DNA of 62,814 nt from Candidatus Hermodarchaeota archaeon (GTDB taxonomy: Archaea; Asgardarchaeota; Thorarchaeia; Thorarchaeales; Thorarchaeaceae): assembly GCA_048885865.1 (NCBI GenBank), contig JBHLLF010000010.1, forward strand, positions 1 to 62,814, read 5' to 3'. Of this stretch, positions 10,513 to 20,609 are shown one piece after another (position 1 is the first letter of the stretch; each line of letters opens with the position of its first letter). The notes below the pieces were generated by a model. That model saw nothing but the letters and a program-made list of their open reading frames with translations. It searched no databases and was not told the origin of the DNA. Position numbers and translations under genes: made by a program.

Positions 10513-11498
10513 TGACTTCCAAGACAATTCTCAAGGTTCGAAACTTAAAGAAGTGGTTCCCGGTACGCACGGGCATATTCTCCTTCTTTGGAGAAACCAA
10601 ATACGTCAAAGCTGTTGACGACGTGAGCTTTGATGTAAGAGAAGGTGGCTCGGTTTGCATTGTTGGTGAAAGCGGGTGCGGGAAGACCACACTTGCAAGG
10701 ACCATACTTCGTCTCATCGAGCCCACTGCAGGATCTGTTGAGTTCCAAGATGAGAGCATATATGACATGACTCGCGAAGAGCTTAGTGACCTGCGATTAA
10801 AGATGCAGCTGATTTTCCAGAATCCTTTCGAAGTGCTCGACCCAAGACTTCCTGTGGAACGCCTAGTAGGAGAAGGCCTTGAAATACATTCGATTGAAGA
10901 GGAGGAGAAAACCGTTCGGGAAAGGGTCTTGGAAGTACTTGACGATGTTAGACTTGTGCCAGCAGAGGACTTTGCCCGACGGTATACACATGAACTCAGC
11001 GGAGGACAACTTCAACGTGTAGCTGTTGCGCGCTCCTTGATACTCAAACCTAGGCTCATTATAGCTGACGAGCCTGTATCAATGCTGGATGCGAGCATCC
11101 GTACCGAAATAATGAATCTGATGGATGAATTGCAGAAAGAACATGGTCTAACTTACATCTTCATAACACATGATCTCGCCCAAGCCAGATACATTGGTGA
11201 CTTTTGCATTGTCATGTATTTGGGACGCATCGCAGAAATGGGACCAATGGAAACCGTAATCCAAGAGCCGATACACCCATACACCAAGGCACTAGTTTCC
11301 AACATCCCGATACCAGACCCAACAGTGGAAAGAGATAGGATATACCTCCCTGGAGAAACGCCTACTCCCATTGACCTTCCAGAGGGCTGCCGCTTTAAAC
11401 CAAGATGCCAAGAGTATGATGAGGGATACTGTAAAGCGGAGGAACCGAATCTAATCGAGGTCTCTCCAGGCCACTGGGTAGCCTGCTATGCGCTCTGA
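10512..11498 (+). CDS. oppF: Peptide ABC ATPase OppF/DppF
   Basis: GESGCGKT, LSGGQLQR, DEPVSMLDAS, ITHD, C-terminal Cys cluster. Confidence 0.93.
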   Translation: MTSKTILKVRNLKKWFPVRTGIFSFFGETKYVKAVDDVSFDVREGGSVCIVGESGCGKTTLARTILRLIEPTAGSVEFQDESIYDMTREELSDLRLKMQLIFQNPFEVLDPRLPVERLVGEGLEIHSIEEEEKTVRERVLEVLDDVRLVPAEDFARRYTHELSGGQLQRVAVARSLILKPRLIIADEPVSMLDASIRTEIMNLMDELQKEHGLTYIFITHDLAQARYIGDFCIVMYLGRIAEMGPMETVIQEPIHPYTKALVSNIPIPDPTVERDRIYLPGETPTPIDLPEGCRFKPRCQEYDEGYCKAEEPNLIEVSPGHWVACYAL

Positions 11499-11510
11499 TT
11501 CTATAGGAAG

Positions 11511-12779
11511 TTGGAAGGCGCAACGGTGATGATTAAAGAGCGAAAGAGTGATTGGGCTGCACTCAGATCTGTCTATCACTCAGCTATCTTCTGCAGTCTT
11601 GGCTTCTTTCTGGTAAGATTCCTGATTCCAATCATCGCCTACACAATAATGGGAGTTTCAGCAACTGAAGTTGCGTTGGTTTTCTCGATGCTAACATTGG
11701 GATCTGCAGCATTCTCTCCAATTGCAGGCAAAATCGCAAAGCGTGGACGGAGAAGAGAATCAATTGCACTTGGTGCGATGGTAAGAGCTCTTGCTTACTT
11801 TGGCATGACTGTCGCCATATTCCTGAATAGCATAGAACTACTAATCTTGAACAGTCTAGTCTGGGGATTAGGTGCAGCCTTCTACCGAGTAGGTAGTGAT
11901 GCAGAAATCTCAGAGAGAGTAATCAGGGATAACAGAGCGGAGGCATTTGGGAGAAGAGAGTCATTTAGCGCAACGGGCAGCGTAATTGGGGCATTTATAG
12001 GCTTCATCATAATCCTAACGATAAGCCTTGAGGCAGTGTTTCTTTTCTTTGCAGTCATGAATGTCTTTGGTGGACTCATCGTAATCAGACATCGTCCTAT
12101 ACTTGAGCCATTCAAGGAGAATACTCTCCTTCCAAGTGCTAAGAAGGCAGTAGGCGCAGGAATCATTGCACTAGTTATAGCAGCATCACTTGATACATTC
12201 ATCGCAGCTCTGCTTTCACCTTTTGTTGAGATTTTCATTCTTCACCATTACCCAGGATTGGACCTCTCTCTACTTGCTCTGGTCTATCTCCCAGCTGGAA
12301 TTATCTCAGGCCTATTTGGAGCTCCACTTGGCAAATATGCGGACAAGAGAAACAAGGTCAAGATTGTATCTGGAGCAGTCTTTGTTGGAGCAACAGGCAT
12401 GCTTGTTCTGGCATTTGTGCCTGCCATTTTTCCTACGACGTGGCATGGACTTCTCGCGATTTCTATTCTCTTCACAATTGGTAGTGTCACTGGTGTTATG
12501 GCATACACTGTGATGTCCTCTGTGCTTGGCACAGCATATGAAGGGAAAGCTGGGGAAGGCTTTGGGATGTTTGAAGCGGCAATGGGTCTCTCTCGCTTCT
12601 CAGCTCCGCTGATTGGCGGCTTATTGTGGGACTTCATCGATCCAGTAATCCCATTCTTATTCGTGGGCATGTCTGGCTTTCTTCTTATACCAATCTACAT
12701 CCATGGCATGCGGAAATATGAACAAGCAATCTCTCTCAGAGATGAAACATCTTCTGTCATTGATACGCAAGAATTATAG
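11511..12779 (+). CDS. MFS transporter
   Basis: About 12 TM helices; motif A-like loops GKIAKRGRRR and GKYADKRNK. Confidence 0.85.
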   Translation: MEGATVMIKERKSDWAALRSVYHSAIFCSLGFFLVRFLIPIIAYTIMGVSATEVALVFSMLTLGSAAFSPIAGKIAKRGRRRESIALGAMVRALAYFGMTVAIFLNSIELLILNSLVWGLGAAFYRVGSDAEISERVIRDNRAEAFGRRESFSATGSVIGAFIGFIIILTISLEAVFLFFAVMNVFGGLIVIRHRPILEPFKENTLLPSAKKAVGAGIIALVIAASLDTFIAALLSPFVEIFILHHYPGLDLSLLALVYLPAGIISGLFGAPLGKYADKRNKVKIVSGAVFVGATGMLVLAFVPAIFPTTWHGLLAISILFTIGSVTGVMAYTVMSSVLGTAYEGKAGEGFGMFEAAMGLSRFSAPLIGGLLWDFIDPVIPFLFVGMSGFLLIPIYIHGMRKYEQAISLRDETSSVIDTQEL

Positions 12780-12828
12780 CGATGTAGATTGCCCCATGCT
12801 TCAATAACGGCCTAGTAGGTGTAATCCA

Positions 12829-13836
12829 ATGACTGTGCGTGTCGGTATCAATGGTTTTGGAAGAATTGGGCGAGGCTTTCTTAGGTCCGCCCTCGGGAAG
12901 AAGGAGTTCGAGGTTGTTGCACTAAATGACCTGATGGATCTTGAGTCACTTGCGCATCTAATGAAATATGATACAGTGATGGGAAGGTTCGAAGGTAGTG
13001 TTGAGGCTGGCGATAATACTCTGACAGTTGAAGGTCATAAGATGAGTGTGGTTTCTGAGAGAGACCCCGCTAATCTGCCTTGGAAAGATTTGGGTGTTGA
13101 TATTGTAGCAGAATGTACGGGCTTCTTCAGAAAGAGAGTAGATGCAGAGAAGCACATCTCAGCTGGAGCAAAGAAAGTAGTATTGAGTGCTCCTGGCAAG
13201 GGAGGAGAGATGAGAACAGTAGTTCTAGGAGTGAATCATGAGGACTATGACCCAGCGAAAGATGATGTGATATCAAATGCATCTTGTACCACCAACTGCC
13301 TAGCTCCTATGGTCAAAGTTATCGACGAGAGCTTTGGACTTGTAAGAGGCCTCATGACGACAATACATGCAGTGACGAATGACCAAGTCATGCTTGACGG
13401 CCCGCATAAAGACCTAAGACGGGCAAGAGCAGCATGTTGGAATATTGTGCCTACAACAACTGGTGCGGCAAAGGCAATAGGACTAGTATATCCCAAAGCT
13501 GCAGGCAAGTTAGATGGTATGGCTTTGCGTGTGCCTGTTATGGATGGCTCAATAGTGGATCTTAATGTCATCGTAGAGAAAGAAACTGATGTTGCATCGG
13601 TAAATGCAGCATTCAAGAAGGCTTCTGAAAAAGGACCATTGGCAGGTTATCTTGCTTACACTGAAGAACCTATTGTGTCGTCTGATGTAATTGGCGATAC
13701 ACACTCATGCACGTTCGATTCATTGACGACGGCCGTCTCTGGCAATATGGTCAAAGTTCTTGGATGGTATGACAACGAGCAAGGATACAGTCAGCGCCTA
13801 GCTGATTTAGTTGGTATCATAGCTAGTAAGATGTAG
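12829..13836 (+). CDS. gap: Type I (bacterial/eukaryotic class) glyceraldehyde-3-phosphate dehydrogenase
   Basis: GINGFGRIGR, SNASCTTNCLAP, PTTTGAAKA, WYDNE. Confidence 0.96.
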   Translation: MTVRVGINGFGRIGRGFLRSALGKKEFEVVALNDLMDLESLAHLMKYDTVMGRFEGSVEAGDNTLTVEGHKMSVVSERDPANLPWKDLGVDIVAECTGFFRKRVDAEKHISAGAKKVVLSAPGKGGEMRTVVLGVNHEDYDPAKDDVISNASCTTNCLAPMVKVIDESFGLVRGLMTTIHAVTNDQVMLDGPHKDLRRARAACWNIVPTTTGAAKAIGLVYPKAAGKLDGMALRVPVMDGSIVDLNVIVEKETDVASVNAAFKKASEKGPLAGYLAYTEEPIVSSDVIGDTHSCTFDSLTTAVSGNMVKVLGWYDNEQGYSQRLADLVGIIASKM

Positions 13837-13845
13837 AGAGTTCCC

Positions 13846-14967
13846 TTGGGATCTCTCGACTCTGGGAACTTGCAAAATTCAGACTTGAGTCAAGTGATCA
13901 TCGTGTCGGAAGAACCAATAAGCAAGATAGATGCAGAGCAGGGAAAGCTCTACTTCAGAGGAATTGAAGCAACCAAATTGGCACGAACAAGAAGCTTTGA
14001 GGATGTAACTTATCTTCTCATCTATGGGAAGCTCCCTAGTAGGAGCGAGAGTGTGAACTTTCAGGAACGAATGCTAACATACAGGAGATTGCATGAACAG
14101 GAATTGCCTCAGATTCTTTATGAGCTAGCATCATGTACTGGTCAGCCGGCTCAGCGGGTAGTTGACAATATTGATAGAACTGAAATGATGGGATTGAAGC
14201 CCCTTGCATTCCGAGTCAGTCATTTCTCCCGGAAATATGATCTTGATGCTCTGGATTCACTACTTGCCTTTGTCTCGCTTGCTCCAGTGGTGCTAGCGGC
14301 AGGATGGCTGTATCTCATGGGCAAGCCCATTGTCATTCGCAATGAGATTCTTGGACACGCACACAACTTCTTCTGGATCCTGAAAGGAACCGAGTTGCCA
14401 CCCAATGACGAAAGAGCCCTTGAATCATGTTTCATTCTTCATATGGATGATCCAAGCAACCCATCTCTTAGCGCGCTGGAGAAATCTATCAAGGATGGCA
14501 GCTCCCTTTCTGAGTCGCTCACAATAGCATTAGACCACCATATCGACCCTTTGCATCATGGAGCTGGTGAAGCTATGATGAAAGCAATGATAGAGATTGG
14601 AGATATCAAGAACGTCGAGGACTATCTCACAAAAGCCATTGAGAGCGGTGAGCGCATCTACGGACTTGGTCATAGGATCTACAAGACGACTGATCCGAGG
14701 GCAGTTATGCTAAGAGATATTCTGAAAGAAAGAACTGACAACCAGGCAACATTATCTCTCTACGAGAGAATAGAGGAAACCGCCAGAATAGGCGCGGAAC
14801 TAATTCTTCAGCGAAAAAACAGGATTGTCCATCCCAATGTGGATCTCTACAACGCAGCAGTCTACCATTCATTTGGAATTCCGTATTATTTGAACACGGA
14901 ATTGTTCGCGGTTTCTAGAACAGCTGGTTGGGCCGCTCACATTGCTGAGTGGATGAATCTCGTTTGA
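13846..14967 (+). CDS. Citrate/2-methylcitrate synthase family protein (divergent)
   Basis: GKLYFRG, PLHHGA, GLGHRIYKTTDPRA, PNVDLY, RTAGWAAH. Confidence 0.85.
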   Translation: MGSLDSGNLQNSDLSQVIIVSEEPISKIDAEQGKLYFRGIEATKLARTRSFEDVTYLLIYGKLPSRSESVNFQERMLTYRRLHEQELPQILYELASCTGQPAQRVVDNIDRTEMMGLKPLAFRVSHFSRKYDLDALDSLLAFVSLAPVVLAAGWLYLMGKPIVIRNEILGHAHNFFWILKGTELPPNDERALESCFILHMDDPSNPSLSALEKSIKDGSSLSESLTIALDHHIDPLHHGAGEAMMKAMIEIGDIKNVEDYLTKAIESGERIYGLGHRIYKTTDPRAVMLRDILKERTDNQATLSLYERIEETARIGAELILQRKNRIVHPNVDLYNAAVYHSFGIPYYLNTELFAVSRTAGWAAHIAEWMNLV

Positions 14968-15034
14968 TGAGATTATGACTCCATCTTGTCAGGGTTTATA
15001 GGTGGACAAATGAAGGAAGAAGCAGTGATACAAA

Positions 15035-15487
15035 GTGAGTAATAGCTCAAGCTCAGGATGTAAGATTGGTGGAGTCATTGGACTTAGTTTCTGTCTCCCT
15101 ATGATTTTTGTATTGGTGCTTTTCCAATTTCTCGGGATTGCTGAATATGTATTCCCAATTGTCATTCCAATCTTCCTAGGTACTGGGCTGATTTTCGCTA
15201 TTGTATTCGGGATAATCATGTTTGCAGTCCAGTCCGCTACAAGAAGAACTATGCAATTTGACCAAACGGTCGCTCGGTCCTACGAAGTAGGAATGATTTC
15301 CGATACCGACTACATGGATGGCGATTTCATGGACCAATATCCCTCGGGAGCGAAATATCAGATTCCCGTCTACTGTCCCTACTGTCGGAGCACGATTGAG
15401 CTTGATGTGGTAGAATGGAGTGGGACCAGCAGTCTTGTGTGCCCAAGCTGCAACAGTCATGTGAGAGTTGAGATTGCAGAGGATTAA
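15035..15487 (+). CDS. Two-TM membrane protein with C-terminal zinc ribbon
   Basis: Two hydrophobic helices; CPYC...CPSC. Confidence 0.75.
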   Translation: MSNSSSSGCKIGGVIGLSFCLPMIFVLVLFQFLGIAEYVFPIVIPIFLGTGLIFAIVFGIIMFAVQSATRRTMQFDQTVARSYEVGMISDTDYMDGDFMDQYPSGAKYQIPVYCPYCRSTIELDVVEWSGTSSLVCPSCNSHVRVEIAED

Positions 15488-15531
15488 GGGCCAAGTCAAT
15501 TTTCCATATTGCTCACTGTAGTATCACCCGC

Positions 15532-15783
15532 ATGATACTCCGGGTTATGAACGCAGCCTCTGTATCGCAATATATGCAAGCTCCTAACCAAGCACCTTCG
15601 ACGGATGTCGGTTTTACTTCTTTAACAAAAAGTCTAGTGGATACCTCAAGGGCGAAACCACATTGTCCAGAGTGCAATGCAGAGATCGATTTTAGTCGGG
15701 ATATTGAATGGGTGGGCCCCACTGCCTTCATTTGCAGGCACTGTGAAAATGTGATTGAGCTTCACCGACTTATGGACATCTAA
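15532..15783 (+). CDS. Small zinc-ribbon protein
   Basis: CPEC...CRHC; ribbon similar to that of the upstream gene. Confidence 0.6.
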   Translation: MILRVMNAASVSQYMQAPNQAPSTDVGFTSLTKSLVDTSRAKPHCPECNAEIDFSRDIEWVGPTAFICRHCENVIELHRLMDI

Positions 15784-15791
15784 TTCTGTTA

Positions 15792-16715
15792 TCAGACGAA
15801 CTTGAGATCCCATCCTTCAGTTGATTCTATTGCCGCGCTTCGCTCCTCCTCACTTAAGGGATGAATTGGAGCCCTGCAACGCCCTCCAGCTAGTCCTACA
15901 TAATCCAGAAGTGCTTTGATTACCGGTACATTGTTTGCAGCACCCCTTCCCTCTCTGAGGAATTCCAGCTGCGATATCATAGATTGCACCCGCATTGCTT
16001 CATCAAAGTTGTTCGTCTTCAACGCTTCAAACATCTGCTTGGAAACGTGAGGTGCAAAATTCCCAAGTCCAGAAGTGAACCCTTGGGCACCTGCTAGCCA
16101 GAAGAATGGAGCAAACCTCTCAGCGGTGCCACATGACCAGATAATCGATCTCCCTAGTTTCTGAACGGTGTTGGCAAAGTCGACAATCCGTCCGAATGCA
16201 TACTTAACACCAACCAGATTCTTGTTACTGATTAGTTTGCTGAGAACTGCATCACTAAGAAGAGGTCCTTTTTTGTATAGAACCACGCCGATGCCTTTCG
16301 AATCATCAAGGATTTGCTGATAATAGCGAAGGATGCCTTCTTCCGAGGAGAAAACATGCTGGGGATACATTATCATTACACCCTCAGCACCCAGATTCTT
16401 AGCCTGATTCATCATGTCAATAGCTGTCCCGATAGAATGGCCCACTCCTGCCATCACTGCCAATTTGCTTCCTGCAGCCTCAATCGTGGTTTGAACCACA
16501 TCAGTCCACTCTCTCTCAGAGAGGGAATAAAACTCGCCTGTGTTGCCACAAGGCACAACCATTCCAATTCCTTCCTCGACAAGAAATCTCAGGTTCTTTT
16601 TAATTCCATCAAGGTTCAAGTCCTTGAGATCCTCGGAAAACGGAGTTGCAGTTGTAACAGATACCCCTGCAAGGGCATCCCGTAGCTTAGTATGCTCCAT
16701 CTTGAATTCCGCCAA
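15792..16715 (-). CDS. Dihydrodipicolinate synthase (DapA/NAL) family aldolase/dehydratase
   Basis: TPF, GNTGEFYSLS, Schiff-base GVKYA, CRAPI. Confidence 0.88.
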   Translation of the reverse strand: MAEFKMEHTKLRDALAGVSVTTATPFSEDLKDLNLDGIKKNLRFLVEEGIGMVVPCGNTGEFYSLSEREWTDVVQTTIEAAGSKLAVMAGVGHSIGTAIDMMNQAKNLGAEGVMIMYPQHVFSSEEGILRYYQQILDDSKGIGVVLYKKGPLLSDAVLSKLISNKNLVGVKYAFGRIVDFANTVQKLGRSIIWSCGTAERFAPFFWLAGAQGFTSGLGNFAPHVSKQMFEALKTNNFDEAMRVQSMISQLEFLREGRGAANNVPVIKALLDYVGLAGGRCRAPIHPLSEEERSAAIESTEGWDLKFV

Positions 16716-16803
16716 TGGATATTCATCTAGTCCGGACTCATATATGCGGCGATTTGTGGGAGAGCAAAGTCAGGGAGTCATCCCTGCACGGTTGAAAATG
16801 AAT

Positions 16804-17646
16804 CTAGGGGAATGATTGTGCAATCTTCTGCCTTTCGATAGGTGGCAATGAGAAGTCCACCTCAATCTCTTGGAAAGTATTGCTGCATGGATTACCTCTT
16901 GCCACATGCATCCTGATATCGAACTCTTCAGCCTTTGTCTTTAGAACTTCAAGTATATAGCTATAGGAGGTTTCACCCAGAAGTGGGTCATCGGGGTCGC
17001 TTGCTTTGTGTCTACATATCGAATTGAAGCCTCGCGATTCGCTGTGAGTACAAACTATTTCAATCATGTCGCCAATAGAGGCAGCCGAGTCGAGCATCCT
17101 CGAAGCTACTTGGCGTCTGTGCTGACTATCTTGAATGGGACCTGCAGCCTCACGCTCCTCACGACTGGCTGCCTTTAGAGATTCCATGGTAGGAAGCTTG
17201 AGATGATGATTCGCGCGTGTTATCATTACTGGCAGTTTCTCGGTCTCCATGATACCATCCCCAATTTCGATGGCACCGACTTCTTCAGGGGTTGACAGTA
17301 TGAAGTTGCACCACTGATACTTGTTTCCAGTGTTCAGGTCAGACCTAACTAGTTCCGCGGCCTCGTCAAAGGTTTTGCATTCCCTGAGAACCCTTTCAAG
17401 CAACACATCATAGGCTGTGTCGGAATTTGCCAACACAGTTGAACTGCAGACAGAGAGGCCCCATCTATTCACACCAATCGACACGCCCATCGGATCACCA
17501 GTACCTATGTGGACACCAGTCACTGCAAAAATAGTATCATCAAACACAGCATGATCCTGGTAGTCTGGATAGACAAGATCTCGATTCTTCAGCATGAAAT
17601 ACCGCGGACCAATTATCTTGGCAGCAAGAGTGCAGCCATCGTTCAT
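16804..17646 (-). CDS. Ntn-hydrolase, C45/C69 peptidase-like
   Basis: N-terminal GCT nucleophile, KNRD, GVNRWGL, RANH, SICRH, GNPC. Confidence 0.75.
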   Translation of the reverse strand: MNDGCTLAAKIIGPRYFMLKNRDLVYPDYQDHAVFDDTIFAVTGVHIGTGDPMGVSIGVNRWGLSVCSSTVLANSDTAYDVLLERVLRECKTFDEAAELVRSDLNTGNKYQWCNFILSTPEEVGAIEIGDGIMETEKLPVMITRANHHLKLPTMESLKAASREEREAAGPIQDSQHRRQVASRMLDSAASIGDMIEIVCTHSESRGFNSICRHKASDPDDPLLGETSYSYILEVLKTKAEEFDIRMHVARGNPCSNTFQEIEVDFSLPPIERQKIAQSFP

Positions 17647-17766
17647 GATGACAGGATAACTCTACTCTTATTTCAAAGTGGTGGTATAACATTCAACACG
17701 GGGTATCAAATTCAACCAATCATCATATATGACGAATTGACTTGCATTTCACTCAACTCACTATAG

Positions 17767-19101
17767 GTGGCTTCGACAAAGATGAGTCTAGAGGAAGTGA
17801 CAAAGCAGTACAAGCAGAAGACAGACAAATCCGCGGCATTATTTCAGAAATCAATTGTCCGGTTACCGGGTGGCATAGGAGGCTCAGCTCCGACATTCAA
17901 TCCATATCCTATATTTATCGAAAGGGGTGAGGGCCCCAAGGTCTGGGATGTGGATGGCAATGAGTATCTAGACTTCAATCTTTGTTGGGGTGTGCTAATC
18001 GTTGGACATAGGCATCCAAAGATTGTAGAGGGATTGCAGGATCAGCTCGAGAATGGCACGATTTTCGGACTACCTCATAAGGAGAGTATTGAGGTAGCTG
18101 ATGCGCTTGCTGCTCGATTCCCAATTGATAAGGTCAGATTTGTGAATTCAGGATCAGAGGCAAATTTGTACGCTATTAGATTGGCAAGGCGCTACACAGG
18201 AAAAGACAAGATAATCAAGATTGAAGGTGCGTATCATGGGGTGGCCGATTCTCTGCATATCAGCAAGAGACCTACATTAGGTGAAGCTGGGCCTTATCAC
18301 CGGCCAAGTAATGTGCCATATGGACACGGCATCACCAATCATACAGCGAAAGACACAGTCATTGCACCATTCAACAATATTGACATAATCAAGAGCCTTC
18401 TAGATAAGTATCTTGGCGAAGTCGCGGCACTCATTGTGGAGCCAGTTATGATGAATGCAGGGGTGGTTCCTCCTAAGGAGGGATATCACAAGGCATTGAG
18501 AGAGCTAACTGATGACCATAATGTCGTCTTCATCTTCGATGAAGTTAAGACTGGAGTCAAGTTGGCACCTGGCGGCGCAACTGAGTACTTTGATGTAAAG
18601 CCCGATCTAGTCTGTCTGGCTAAAGCAATTGGCGGAGGGTTGCCAATTGGTGCGTGTGGGGGGAAGGGTGAGATAATAGATGGAATTGACTCAGAAGGGC
18701 TGTTTGGAACATATTCAGCAAACCCGTTATCGATAAGAGCCGCCAAGATTACGCTGACTGAGATTCTCACCGATGAAAGCTATACGAAGATAGAGAAGCT
18801 AGGTAAAACCCTACTCAAGGGATACCAAGATATCATCACGGATTGCAAACTAGCAGCAATTGTTCAAGGCATCAACGCAAATGGCGGGATTCTATTCACC
18901 AAAGACCCAGTTAGAGATTATAGAACATGGACGAAAGTTGACAAAGCCAAAACCCATCATTATTGGCTCGCTATGGCAAACGAAGGGATTATTCCAATGG
19001 CTTATGGGGCTGATGAAGAATGGCTCATTTCGGTTCAACATTCTGAAGAAGATATCAACAAGCATCTTGAGGCGTTCAAAAAGGTGGCACCAGACCTATA
19101 G
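17767..19101 (+). CDS. Class III PLP aminotransferase, glutamate-1-semialdehyde aminomutase-like
   Basis: DVDGNEYLD, VRFVNSGSEA, GAYHG, FDEVKTG, LAKAIGGGLP. Confidence 0.88.
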   Translation: MASTKMSLEEVTKQYKQKTDKSAALFQKSIVRLPGGIGGSAPTFNPYPIFIERGEGPKVWDVDGNEYLDFNLCWGVLIVGHRHPKIVEGLQDQLENGTIFGLPHKESIEVADALAARFPIDKVRFVNSGSEANLYAIRLARRYTGKDKIIKIEGAYHGVADSLHISKRPTLGEAGPYHRPSNVPYGHGITNHTAKDTVIAPFNNIDIIKSLLDKYLGEVAALIVEPVMMNAGVVPPKEGYHKALRELTDDHNVVFIFDEVKTGVKLAPGGATEYFDVKPDLVCLAKAIGGGLPIGACGGKGEIIDGIDSEGLFGTYSANPLSIRAAKITLTEILTDESYTKIEKLGKTLLKGYQDIITDCKLAAIVQGINANGGILFTKDPVRDYRTWTKVDKAKTHHYWLAMANEGIIPMAYGADEEWLISVQHSEEDINKHLEAFKKVAPDL

Positions 19102-19136
19102 AAGATAGATTGATCGAATCTAATCATTCTCCACAC

Positions 19137-20345
19137 TTACTGATCAGGCTTTGAAGCTAAGGTTGTGGCTTCCTGAGAAACAAGACCTGAGCCCAAAATT
19201 CCTAGTAGCGATACTCCTAGAGCCAATGCTACAAAATTGAACACCATCATAATCCATGCAACTGGTTGCACCAATCCAAAGACAAACTGAGCGAAGAGTC
19301 CGCCAACAACTGGACCAATTGCAGTGCCAGTGGTTTGAGCTCCACTAATCAATGACATAGCTCGTCCTCGCTCATCTTCACTGGATATCATTGATGCCAA
19401 TGCAAATGCAGCTGTAGATGCCAGCGGGTAGATTGGGAGCGCCCACATGATGGTAGCAGTTATCGGATCAGAAACCAAGGCAAAAGCGAACCCAAATACT
19501 GTGTAGGACAGCATCGCCAGAATCAGTATCTTGACTGGACCTCTCCGGTCTACAACCTTACCAATATAGCCAGTGACTACAACCGCAATCAACGTCGCGA
19601 CTGAGTTTGCGAGACCAACATACAGCGCTAATCCACCAAGCTCGTCCACGATGATTATTGCATGCATAAATGAGATAGAACCTATTCCTATTTGACTCAA
19701 TGCTACAAGAAGTGAAAGGCGGGCAATCCCAGGCTTCCTAATGAGTGTGATGAAGCTAGTCTTCTTCTCTTGTGGAATCTCTTGCACTGGCAGGTCTTGA
19801 ACGAATAGTATAGCTATGCCTGTGGCAAACACACAAGCTATGGCCGCAATTCTGTAGAGTGTGAACATTCCTATAGCATCATAGAGCAATCCACTGAGCA
19901 GTGCCCCAGCGAACCAACCCGCTGATTGAACTGATATGAAGTATCCCATTCGCTCTCCCTTGCTCTTCGTTCCTGTTGTTAGATGAGCGGTGCCGGCAGG
20001 TAATGATGCTGATGAGAGTATAGCTCCAAGGACTCCAACAACTAGAAATTGAAGGCTGGTGGTTACGAAGGAATAGAGCGCGAATGTATAGGCATATCCA
20101 AGAAAGCCAACGATCATGAATGGCTTTCGTGCCCTTGAACGATCTGAGAATGCTCCCCAGAGGTTTACGGCTGCTATGGTAACGAAGGATGGAGTTGCGT
20201 AGACAATGGTAAGAGTAAGAAAATCTGGGGCGCCTAATTCATGCTTGACAAACAATGTGGCAAATTGCCAGCTGATTGCCATTCCAGTTGACTGAAGTCC
20301 ATAAACCAGATATACTGCAACCGTTGCTCTATCGCGTAGTCCCAT
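19137..20345 (-). CDS. MFS transporter
   Basis: About 12 TM helices; WGAFSDRSRARKPF, GKVVDRRG, ERGRAM. Confidence 0.88.
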   Translation of the reverse strand: MGLRDRATVAVYLVYGLQSTGMAISWQFATLFVKHELGAPDFLTLTIVYATPSFVTIAAVNLWGAFSDRSRARKPFMIVGFLGYAYTFALYSFVTTSLQFLVVGVLGAILSSASLPAGTAHLTTGTKSKGERMGYFISVQSAGWFAGALLSGLLYDAIGMFTLYRIAAIACVFATGIAILFVQDLPVQEIPQEKKTSFITLIRKPGIARLSLLVALSQIGIGSISFMHAIIIVDELGGLALYVGLANSVATLIAVVVTGYIGKVVDRRGPVKILILAMLSYTVFGFAFALVSDPITATIMWALPIYPLASTAAFALASMISSEDERGRAMSLISGAQTTGTAIGPVVGGLFAQFVFGLVQPVAWIMMVFNFVALALGVSLLGILGSGLVSQEATTLASKPDQ

Positions 20346-20438
20346 CAGGCAGTTGCTCCTAGAGTGGAATGCAAACCTCGTGATGCAAGTTTTAACAATT
20401 TTGGAGAAGGTATCGGATTCGAGCGATGTAGATATCTA

Positions 20439-20609
20439 TTGGATTGCCTGCTTGACATATTCTCTATTGCAACATTGGAAGCATTTGGAGAGGGAATCTG
20501 GGTGGTAATTGGGTATTCGCTTGTCAACCTGGCAGTAACAATCAGTGGAGGAGTGTTGTGGTACAAGGGAGAAGTGATTGCAAGAGAAGGGTATACGAAC
20601 TCTCAATAG
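20439..20609 (+). CDS. Possible small single-TM protein
   Basis: TTG-start portion of ORF 20364-20609; hydrophobic helix followed by WYKG tail; fills an otherwise empty gap. Confidence 0.35.
   Translation: MDCLLDIFSIATLEAFGEGIWVVIGYSLVNLAVTISGGVLWYKGEVIAREGYTNSQ

Noticed and set aside
17767-19101. Assigning the symbol hemL
   Set aside because: HemL substrate motifs are altered and there are no tetrapyrrole genes nearby
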